Shown here one piece after another: positions 54,184 to 64,000 of a stretch of DNA of 64,000 nt. The notes beneath the pieces are model-generated. The model was not told the origin of the DNA. It ran no database searches and worked only from the letters and a program-made list of their open reading frames with translations. The position numbers and the translations under genes are program-made. Numbering within the stretch: the first letter of the stretch is position 1; each line of letters starts with the position of its first letter. The stretch comes from Candidatus Bathyarchaeota archaeon (lineage in GTDB: Archaea > Thermoproteota > Bathyarchaeia > Bathyarchaeales > Bathycorpusculaceae): positions 32,001 to 96,000 of the forward strand of contig CAWHXY010000004.1 in NCBI GenBank assembly GCA_963833575.1, in the 5' to 3' direction.

Positions 54184-54804
54184 TTATTTTTTTGAAACAA
54201 AAAGGTTGTCTTTTATGTAAAATCTTAAATGTTTGTTTTTCCATTCTCCGGCATAGTCTACACCAATTCGAGTGGTTTCTACAATGTCTTCTTTGGGTGC
54301 AGGTGCGTCATTTATGTAAAGTGGCAGAGCAGTTATGTCGGCGTTATTTTGAAGCTTGGATATATCCATCGCCATGCATAGCTTGCTTGGACCATTGGTC
54401 AAGTTGAGGTTTTTTCCCTCTGCTAATCGTCTACGTTTTGTCATGATGTCTTCGCCATCAACCGGTTCAATTGCCCTAATAAGGACAGCCTCAGGTTTTC
54501 CTGGAACATCACCCGCCGTGACGTTAAGGCAATAATAGAGACCGTAAATAAAGTAGACATAAGCATGACCTTTTGATCTGTACATAACCTCGTTTCTAGC
54601 TGTTCGGCGACCGCCCGAACTATGAGCAGCTTCATCTTCAGGTCCCAAATAAGCCTCTGTCTCAACTATTCTGCCTGCAGTGGTTCCATCAACGGATTCA
54701 TGAACAAGAATTTTTCCAAGAAGCATGGTTGCAACTTTTATTATTTCTTCCTCGTAGAATGACCTCGGCAAAATCATATATCTGGATAAGTGACTCTCGA
54801 CCAA
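54184..54804 (-). CDS. mpg: 3-methyladenine DNA glycosylase (MPG/AAG type)
   Basis: GRIVETEAY, YVYFIYG, AVLIRA, NGPSKL, RIG. Confidence 0.95.
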   Translation of the reverse strand: MVESHLSRYMILPRSFYEEEIIKVATMLLGKILVHESVDGTTAGRIVETEAYLGPEDEAAHSSGGRRTARNEVMYRSKGHAYVYFIYGLYYCLNVTAGDVPGKPEAVLIRAIEPVDGEDIMTKRRRLAEGKNLNLTNGPSKLCMAMDISKLQNNADITALPLYINDAPAPKEDIVETTRIGVDYAGEWKNKHLRFYIKDNLFVSKK

Positions 54805-54920
54805 TTAAGCCTGCCTACTATTTTGAACGGCGTAAGCGGTATATAAGAAAATGCAAATAGAAACTGTCCTTTGAAAAGTTGTTTATTCAGAACGGTAAAG
54901 TACGAAATTTTATTTTCGAA

Positions 54921-55331
54921 CTATCGATTTCCATATTTCTTTTTCATACAAGCTTGGCAGAAGTTCTTCCTATAACGCCTTATTCTTTGAGGGCGAAAAA
55001 GAGTGCCGCATGAACTGCATTTGATTTGGGATGGTTGTGCAGGATCAAGCAGTTTTAGTCGTCTTTCAATTTCGGCTTTAATTACAGAGTCATTTTCAAC
55101 TTTTAAAGCCGCCGTTAACAATACTCTTGCTTGTTCAACGCTTTTTGTTCCAAAAAGCTTCAGGAAAACACTGTCTGTTTTTCCAGCTCCTAATTTTAGC
55201 GGTAGCATGCATACGAAGTTTGAAGGGTAACTCTCAGATTTACTAAAATCAACAACAGCGAATCGGAAGTTTCTTTGAAAAGGGTTGTCTTCCTTGCTAT
55301 TTAACTCGAAAACCTGAAGCCCCATGTTCAT
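54921..55331 (-). CDS. Hypothetical protein with C-terminal Zn finger
   Basis: CSSC...CQAC. Confidence 0.7.
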   Translation of the reverse strand: MNMGLQVFELNSKEDNPFQRNFRFAVVDFSKSESYPSNFVCMLPLKLGAGKTDSVFLKLFGTKSVEQARVLLTAALKVENDSVIKAEIERRLKLLDPAQPSQIKCSSCGTLFRPQRIRRYRKNFCQACMKKKYGNR

Positions 55332-55504
55332 TGTAATCAGACTTGAATAATATGAAATCAGCCTTAATATCTATACCTCAAAAAATTCTCTGGTTTTCTA
55401 TTGCCAATGCGTTAGTCTTCCACATCACTTGTCAATAGAAAGAGATAGATGCCTTCCAAATAAAACTCCAAACATGTTTCGCCTGCATTATTGAAAAATT
55501 TGGG

Positions 55505-55621
55505 TTATCTTTTGACGCATTTTCCAGTATTTGGATCATAGTGGTTGCTTTTGGAGTAATCGCATCTTTTACAATCATCTTTTATATCTTGGCCAAAGGG
55601 ACAATCTTTCAAGTCTGCCAT
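55505..55621 (-). CDS. Cys/His-rich microprotein (38 aa), not in ORF track
   Basis: MADLKDCPFGQDIKDDCKRCDYSKSNHYDPNTGKCVKR; GGGTG Shine-Dalgarno-like site and TTTTATAT TATA upstream. Confidence 0.6.
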   Translation of the reverse strand: MADLKDCPFGQDIKDDCKRCDYSKSNHYDPNTGKCVKR

Positions 55622-55718
55622 TCGCAACACCCAATTATTTCAATTATCATGATATTGTAAAATTTGCCATATAAAAGTTGAGCACAAAATGCAGTTATTC
55701 CTCCAATTTACTTAAGTT

Positions 55719-56639
55719 CTATCTGCCCAACGTTTCCACCAAAGTCTGAATGTCTCTAATCCACATTGTTATTGTTTCAAGGTTCTCTGTCTGCTTATGT
55801 GATAATTTCTGCAATCCTTTTAGTTCGTCAAGTTGGTGTTGGTAGTATCCAGCCAACAGGCTTAGGGGTTCTATGAATTGGAGTGTTGACTGGTGTTGTT
55901 CTATTTTGTCGCCTAAATGGTTAAGCGCAATGAGCATCTCCTCCACGGTCATGCCAGTGTTTTTCTTGAATTCTTGAAGAACCCATTGTTTGATCAGCAT
56001 ATTACGGTTCATCCAACCAGTGGATTGCTCAGTGAAGGTTTTGGATACGGCATTGTAAAGTTGGGTGATATGTTTTGTATCAGTTGCAAGAGTTTGAGGA
56101 GTTGAATTGGCTCTCATTCTCTCCACTTGGGAGTCATACGGTGGCTCAGAAGAGGAGATGGCTAAGCCCATGGAAAGCTTTAGTGAGGCACCTAACGCAA
56201 TCCACAGATTAGTCAGTTCATTTAGAGAAAGCGAATCTACTTTCATCTTGAGTTCGATATTGTTCGTGTTATCTGCAATAGAGATTAGTGGTGTTGCTAA
56301 AACTGCACATGTTATTTTTTCAAGTAATGCATGATCGTCTTTGTCGTTTCCGGTAAATGGCGTAATAAGATAATGCAGAACAAAAGAAAGGTTATTTGCG
56401 TTTTTCTCGGAACCATTCGCGGAAGGAGACATGGTTCTTGAAGTCATTTCTTCAGTTATGCTATACAGAAAAATCGATAGTTTTCGGGTTCCTTGATTGG
56501 ATTTTGGAGAAGAAAAAGAAATCTGGTCTTCACTTGAGATCATATTCTTGGCAGTTGATTCAGTTTCTATATTATTCCAGATAAGATTTGCCAACGCCTT
56601 ATCGGTATCGGTTATAAAGCCTTTTTGAACCATGAGCAT
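55719..56639 (-). CDS. DUF4255/Pvc16-like N-terminal domain with helical C-terminal extension
   Basis: ISFSSP..LSIFLY.I.E....R, LHYLITP......H.LL, LSL.EL..LW.AL motifs. Confidence 0.75.
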   Translation of the reverse strand: MLMVQKGFITDTDKALANLIWNNIETESTAKNMISSEDQISFSSPKSNQGTRKLSIFLYSITEEMTSRTMSPSANGSEKNANNLSFVLHYLITPFTGNDKDDHALLEKITCAVLATPLISIADNTNNIELKMKVDSLSLNELTNLWIALGASLKLSMGLAISSSEPPYDSQVERMRANSTPQTLATDTKHITQLYNAVSKTFTEQSTGWMNRNMLIKQWVLQEFKKNTGMTVEEMLIALNHLGDKIEQHQSTLQFIEPLSLLAGYYQHQLDELKGLQKLSHKQTENLETITMWIRDIQTLVETLGR

Positions 56640-57132
56640 CGCATAATTATCTTGTCAAGTTACTAAATAGTTTTTAGCCAAAATTCTTTTCAATTCTTTA
56701 TCAATAAAAGCTCCACAAATTCCTTACAGCTAAAATATTGTTGCTGTTTTGAGTTATTTTCAAAGGTTGGATATGGTAGCCAGGATAGGTTCAAACTCTC
56801 GTTCAAACAATTTCCAGAAACTATCATTTTGCTATTGAAATGCGATCATTATGCAATTGAAAGTGTAGTGTTTTAACCGTCTTTTGATAGTGTACTCCGA
56901 GAGTTCGACGGATTTTCATTGCCAGGTTTAGTAAATGTTATAACAAACTCGAAAACAGTGCTCCTAATAAGCTTATTTTGGAAAAATCTGAACAATTAAA
57001 GACTTTGTTATGGAAAATGAGGCTAATCGCACCATTTAATGAAGCGAAAAAACTTCGGAAAAAGTGAGTTGAGCCTGACTTATTTCCTAATACTTAAATA
57101 ATAATGGCTACAAACATATTCATGTAGCCTAA

Positions 57133-59334
<2,202 letters not shown>

Positions 59335-59461
59335 CAAGAGCCAGTAACGATACAGTAAGAATTGCTCGCTCGGACCAAAGAGTTTGTCAACGGATAGAAG
59401 CAAGCTAAGAATACGTTTGCGAAATGCGCGGTTGATTCTATGGCGTTTTGAGGATAAAATG

Positions 59462-59534
59462 TAGCCCGGGAGAGATTCGAACTCTCGTCAAGGGCTCCAG
59501 AGGCCCCTATGCTTGACCACTACACCACCGGGCT
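59462..59534 (-). tRNA. tRNA-Gln(CTG), intronless, CCA not encoded
   Basis: AGCCCGG acceptor stem, anticodon arm GGGGC-CT-CTG-GA-GCCCT, T loop GTTCGAATC. Confidence 0.95.
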
Positions 59535-59571
59535 TCAGGTTTTCAAATAAACATCGTTCCAATTATTAACT

Positions 59572-59796
59572 TTAACTTTGCGTCACTTTGTCGCCATTTT
59601 TCTTTTTCAGGGCTTCCCGAGTGCAATAGCATTCTTGGCTAACCTTATTATAATCCTCGCAATGCCAAAGTGTGTCAACTATGGGGTTTTTGTTTTTGCC
59701 GTAGCGGGTTGAGCAAAAAACTTTGGTTGGATAATCGTACGAGTTGTGGCTGTCACAGTTACCGCAGTACTTTTCCGCATCGTTGTCATCTGTCAT
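59572..59796 (-). CDS. Small Cys-rich protein
   Basis: YCGNC...FC...WHC...ECYC; tightly coupled to the dhs stop. Confidence 0.7.
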   Translation of the reverse strand: MTDDNDAEKYCGNCDSHNSYDYPTKVFCSTRYGKNKNPIVDTLWHCEDYNKVSQECYCTREALKKKNGDKVTQS

Positions 59797-59799
59797 TGT

Positions 59800-60819
59800 T
59801 TAGCTTCCTTTGTCTGGTTTTTCAAGCTGCATAAAAGGAATGCGTCTAAAGCCTTCACCTAACCGTTCAGATACGGAAGCAACAATGAATGGGAAAACCA
59901 TGAGTGCTTCTCCGATAACCATAACGTGGTCGGCATGTCCCTTCATTTTTCCCCAACTGACCGTTTCCTCTAATGTTGAGCCAGATAAGCCTCCTGTTTC
60001 CGGTCTATCTAAAGTGATTACTACAGCGTAGTCTAACCCTTTCTTGGATGCCAAAGCGGAAGATTGGATCGTATTGCGCGGTACTCCGCCGCCGATCACT
60101 ATCATACCGTTTTTAGGTGATTTAGCGCAGATATTGCAGATAGTTGGTACATCTTTGAAAGCGTCGACCAAAAGCACGGGTTTCTTGTTTTCTTGGGACG
60201 AGTGGAGCCAATGGATGAAACCAAATTCTGAGTCCCTAACAGCTGGCAGAAAAATGGGGACGTTCTCCTCGTAGGCCGCCCTCAAAATGGAGTTTTCGTC
60301 TGTGAGACGTTTACCGATTTCCCAGGCAAATTCGTTTGAAGCTAAACTTTCACCTTTGCGCTCGGCCGCTATATCGTCGTACATTTCGGATAATTTGAAA
60401 TCTAATCTAACATAGTCTTCTTCTGGAACAAAAATGTCATAAATCCGGAACAAATGATACTTGTAGAGTTCCTTATCATTCACCGCCCATCCACCTTGAT
60501 AATGATGCCCTCCGACTGCTTCGATGGCGTCATGAACCATGCATGCACCAGTGCTGACAATTACATCCACAAGTTTCTTTCTTATCAAATCAGTAATTAT
60601 TGTCCTCATGCCTGCAGGGACAACTGCGCCTGAAAGCGCTAGGAAGATAGTGCAGTCTTTGTCTTTGAGCATCTTCTCGTAGATGTCGCATGCCGTAGCC
60701 AAGCGTCCAGCTCCAAGAGCGCCTGAACCATTAAACTGCTTCATCAGCTCGTCAACTGTTAGCGCGCCGTCTATTTTTATGTGTTTAACTGGTGATTGGA
60801 GGTAATCTTTTCTTTCCAT
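59800..60819 (-). CDS. dhs: Deoxyhypusine synthase family protein
   Basis: SGAVVPAG, IGGGVPRN, GGLSGSTLEETVSWGK. Confidence 0.93.
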   Translation of the reverse strand: MERKDYLQSPVKHIKIDGALTVDELMKQFNGSGALGAGRLATACDIYEKMLKDKDCTIFLALSGAVVPAGMRTIITDLIRKKLVDVIVSTGACMVHDAIEAVGGHHYQGGWAVNDKELYKYHLFRIYDIFVPEEDYVRLDFKLSEMYDDIAAERKGESLASNEFAWEIGKRLTDENSILRAAYEENVPIFLPAVRDSEFGFIHWLHSSQENKKPVLLVDAFKDVPTICNICAKSPKNGMIVIGGGVPRNTIQSSALASKKGLDYAVVITLDRPETGGLSGSTLEETVSWGKMKGHADHVMVIGEALMVFPFIVASVSERLGEGFRRIPFMQLEKPDKGS

Positions 60820-61004
60820 CCAAGTTGCGCCTGAATTGTAGTTATTGCTGGATTATGGAAATACTTTTCTATATTTAAAGACTGACAAGCAAGTCAGAAA
60901 ATTTAATTGTCAAAATCTTAGGAAGGAAATTCATTCTCTAACCTCGTGAGCTTTTTCTCGGATTTCTTCTCCACGTTCAATAACTTGATGTCGCCACGTG
61001 TTTG

Positions 61005-61391
61005 TTATTTTTTGAAGAAAGCAAGAACGGCGCCTAAAAGACCCAAGATTAAGCCAATTAGCCATCCGCTGCCGACAAATATGCTTAGGACTGAAAATAT
61101 GATAACGATTACGCCTCCAACAGTTTCCATTCTACTGTAAATTAAGTAAGCTCCAATAATAATTAGGATTCCAAATATAACGGCAACTCCACCGAGTATA
61201 TTGAGGGCTAGCCCAGCTAGAAATCTATGTCTAACTTCATCGGATCCAACAAAAGTAATGATGTCACCAGCCACAATTCGGACAACACCACGCAACAAAA
61301 TCAGTATACCTCCGATCAATGAAATGGCAAATCCTAACATGGCTCTTTTAGGCAAGGAAGCAGATTGTGTATTTGATTGCTGCAAAAACAA
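61005..61391 (-). CDS. Small 4-TM membrane protein
   Basis: Gly-rich TM helices (SLIGGILI, G..IG.ILG..G..LA). Confidence 0.7.
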   Translation of the reverse strand: MFLQQSNTQSASLPKRAMLGFAISLIGGILILLRGVVRIVAGDIITFVGSDEVRHRFLAGLALNILGGVAVIFGILIIIGAYLIYSRMETVGGVIVIIFSVLSIFVGSGWLIGLILGLLGAVLAFFKK

Positions 61392-61615
61392 TTCTCCTTA
61401 AAATTTAGTGGATCAAGCGCTAATTTAAAGTTTACCGGGTTGTCTAGATTGATAAGAGCTTTCGGCTTAGAAGAAATGAGTAAAGTAACTTTAATTTTTC
61501 TAAGTAGTTTGCAATTAAATGTTATGTGATTGCAGCGGCACTGCAGATCTTCAGCTATGTCCTGCAAGCGAAGATATAATAAAACGAACAGGAAAAGGTG
61601 ATTGAGGTAAAATGT

Positions 61616-61810
61616 ATGCCTATAGTTCAGGTTTCTGTTTGGGAAGGTATTAGTACCGAGAACAAGAAGAAAACAGTCGAGGGAATAACAAAAGTTTTCG
61701 AGGACATGGGCATCCCTAAGGATGCAGTAACAATCGTGATTTATGAAGAGCCAAAGAGCAACTGGGCAACAGGCGGACAATTACATTCAGAAAGACACGC
61801 AAACCGTTAA
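61616..61810 (+). CDS. 4-oxalocrotonate tautomerase family protein
   Basis: M-PIVQV catalytic Pro1; E.P..NW..GG. Confidence 0.9.
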   Translation: MPIVQVSVWEGISTENKKKTVEGITKVFEDMGIPKDAVTIVIYEEPKSNWATGGQLHSERHANR

Positions 61811-61832
61811 AATGTAATGGGATTGACACTCA

Positions 61833-62117
61833 GTGCCTGAGAAAAAATTCAAGTTATTTGCAAAGGTAAGCAGCGCGAACCTATCCGCAATAAAACCAGT
61901 CTTGGAACAAGCAATCAAAAACGGCTCCATAAAACCTTTCAGCGAAGGATTTGAAGTTAATGCCGAATTGAAGGGAGAAAGCGCCAGAGACCTTAATCGA
62001 TTGCTACTTTCGGAATTGCGCAGAGTTGAAAGGAAAACAAGAATGCGCTCAGAATGGACATCTGAAGGAACGACTGAAAAATTCTTTGACTACGCTTTTA
62101 AAGGCGCCAAAAAGTAA
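61833..62117 (+). CDS. Hypothetical protein
   Basis: 94-aa ORF, GESARDLNR.LLS.LRR.E..TR.RSEW..FFDY. Confidence 0.7.
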   Translation: MPEKKFKLFAKVSSANLSAIKPVLEQAIKNGSIKPFSEGFEVNAELKGESARDLNRLLLSELRRVERKTRMRSEWTSEGTTEKFFDYAFKGAKK

Positions 62118-62486
62118 ATTAAAAGAGTTAGTAGCGGAATTAATTGTTCTTTAGTAACTATGTACCATAGTTATGTTGCTTTATGAGTAAAGCGAGAATT
62201 GTTTTTGAAAGAACCCTACTAAATGAAAAAATAGATGAGTCTTAGACTCATCTTAATCTACGCGTGTTTTAAGGAAAAATGAAGACGCAAAACAGAAATT
62301 GGAAGAAATAACAGACAGCCACCAACCTAATTAACAATCTTGACTCTGACCTTCAGCTAGCATCTGGGAATCAACACAACTTAGCTATTCTCTTATTTTT
62401 TTGGCTCATTCTCTTGTCTTGCTCCGCATTTGGCTCAGAAAAGTTATTACGACCAGCTATCACATAATTGCAATTAAGGAAACGTA

Positions 62487-63371
62487 ATGGCATCCGCTGA
62501 AGCAGAAGAAAAAACAAAAATCGTTACGATTGGTCTTATACAAACGTCTGTTTCAGATGACATAACAGACAACATGAAGAAGACCCTAAAAAGAATCAAG
62601 GAAGCCGCCGCAAAGGGAGCTCAAATTGTTTGCCTTCAGGAACTGTATAGAACACTTTACTTTCCACAAGAAGAAAAAAAGGACTTCAGCCATTTAGCTG
62701 AAACTATTCCCGGAGACTCTTCAAAAGCTTTCTCGGAGCTGGCGAAAGAAGAAAAAATTGTTATAATTGCACCAATATTTGAAAAGGCTTCAAACGGAAA
62801 ATTCTACAATTCTGCCGTTATAATTGATGCAGATGGAAAAATCTCGGGTTGTTACCGTAAGATGCACATCCCCCAGGATCCTTTATTCTTTGAAAAGAAC
62901 TATTTTGAATCAGGTAACCAAGGCTACTGTGTTCATAAAACCAATTACGCTAATGTAGGAGTGCTCATCTGTTATGACCAGTGGTTTCCTGAGGCGGCTA
63001 GAATTAATGCGCTTAAAGGTGCAGAAATTATTTTTTACCCCACTGCGATTGGCTACATTGAGGGGTATAATTCATCCGACGGCGACTGGCATGACGCTTG
63101 GAAAACAGTTCAGCGTGCACACGCCATAGCAAATGGAGTTCATGTTGCTGCTGTTAATCGGGTTGGTAGAGAAGGGCAGCTGAATTTTTGGGGCGGCTCA
63201 TTTGTGTGTGACTCGTTTGGAAAAGTGCTTGGAGAAGCAAGCAACACTAAGGAGGAGACGTTGGTTGTCATGGTTGACCTCAGCAAAAACAAAAAAATTC
63301 AAGAAGGATGGGGTTTTCTGAAAAATCGGCGACCCGATAGCTATAAGTCGCTTCTTGAAAATTGTCCTTGA
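62487..63371 (+). CDS. aguB: N-carbamoylputrescine amidohydrolase (nitrilase family)
   Basis: LQEL, YRKMHIP, ICYDQW E-K-C triad, YPTAIG; next to agmatine deiminase. Confidence 0.88.
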   Translation: MASAEAEEKTKIVTIGLIQTSVSDDITDNMKKTLKRIKEAAAKGAQIVCLQELYRTLYFPQEEKKDFSHLAETIPGDSSKAFSELAKEEKIVIIAPIFEKASNGKFYNSAVIIDADGKISGCYRKMHIPQDPLFFEKNYFESGNQGYCVHKTNYANVGVLICYDQWFPEAARINALKGAEIIFYPTAIGYIEGYNSSDGDWHDAWKTVQRAHAIANGVHVAAVNRVGREGQLNFWGGSFVCDSFGKVLGEASNTKEETLVVMVDLSKNKKIQEGWGFLKNRRPDSYKSLLENCP

Positions 63372-63377
63372 GGCAAT

Positions 63378-64000
63378 ATGATGACGAATGCAAATTGTTT
63401 TCCAAACAAGACACCTCGTGAATTAGGATACAGCATGCCTCCTGAATGGTGTAAGCAGGAAGCTATCTGGTTAGCTTGGCCACACGACCCCACGACTTTC
63501 ACATCTGGTGTTGAAAAAGTTGAGGAAACTTTCCTTCAAATTATCAAATTAATCCACAAAGACGAATATGTGAACCTTTTTGTTAAAGACAATAGCATGA
63601 AGAAGAAAATAACGGGTTTGTTTGAAAAGAGAAAAATTGATTTAAAGAAGATACGTTTTTTCGAATTTGATTATGCCGATGTTTGGTTTAGAGATTATGG
63701 TCCAATATTTGTGATGAACCGAGAACAAAAATTAGCCATGGTTCGTTGGATTTTTAATTCCTGGGGAGAAAAATACGAAGAACTACTAAAAGATGCCCAG
63801 ATTCCTCAGATAATAAACAATGCAATGCGTTTGAATTGTTTTGAACCGGGCATTGTTTTGGAAGGCGGTTCTATTGATGTTAATGGAAAAGGAACCTTGC
63901 TCACGACTGAACAGTGCCTTCTTAACAAGAATAGGAATGCTCAACTTGGCAAAGAAAAAATCGAAAAGTACCTGAGAGATTATTTGGGCGTGACTAACAT
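63378..64000 (+). CDS. aguA: Agmatine deiminase (3' truncated by window edge)
   Basis: Manual translation: YSMPPEW..WLAWPH, DVWFRDYGP, FNSWGEK, LEGGSIDVNGKGTLLTTEQCLLN. Confidence 0.92.
   Translation, partial: MMTNANCFPNKTPRELGYSMPPEWCKQEAIWLAWPHDPTTFTSGVEKVEETFLQIIKLIHKDEYVNLFVKDNSMKKKITGLFEKRKIDLKKIRFFEFDYADVWFRDYGPIFVMNREQKLAMVRWIFNSWGEKYEELLKDAQIPQIINNAMRLNCFEPGIVLEGGSIDVNGKGTLLTTEQCLLNKNRNAQLGKEKIEKYLRDYLGVTN

Noticed and set aside
59335-59462. Provirus or integrative element at tRNA-Gln
   Set aside because: No integrase, and no duplicated tRNA 3' end found by eye
61334-61780. 148-aa minus-strand ORF
   Set aside because: Overlaps the tautomerase antisense and the membrane gene out of frame; no motif

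Overview
Archaeal chromosomal window, most likely Bathyarchaeia (TACK). This is inferred from the archaeal 16S, the Sm-L37e pair, the A/V-type ATPase, TrmB, deoxyhypusine synthase and a PEF-CTERM-like surface protein. It carries housekeeping and metabolic loci: pstSCAB-phoU, metYXW, a core methionine synthase, PPK2, an unlinked 16S rRNA, tRNA-Gln, aguAB and katG. The most notable region is about 29.6-40.7 kb. It holds a complete A-family heme-copper oxidase operon with an atypical K-channel, two membrane-anchored cupredoxins, heme O synthase, DUF420 and a Tat-exported gluconate-2-dehydrogenase-like flavoenzyme with no cytochrome c subunit. It sits next to a rearranged, apparently H+-type A-ATPase cluster and may be a copper-wired, cytochrome-c-free aerobic respiratory module in a lineage generally regarded as anaerobic. 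Other signals: two helically phased TTGAC arrays, a surface-protein gene bracketed by 24-bp direct repeats, an ATPase-degenerate chaperonin, an orphan Pvc16/DUF4255 gene, a peroxiredoxin/CMK-like fusion and several microproteins too short for the ORF track. No CRISPR array, transposase or integrase was seen. All calls come from reading motifs by eye; no searches were run.
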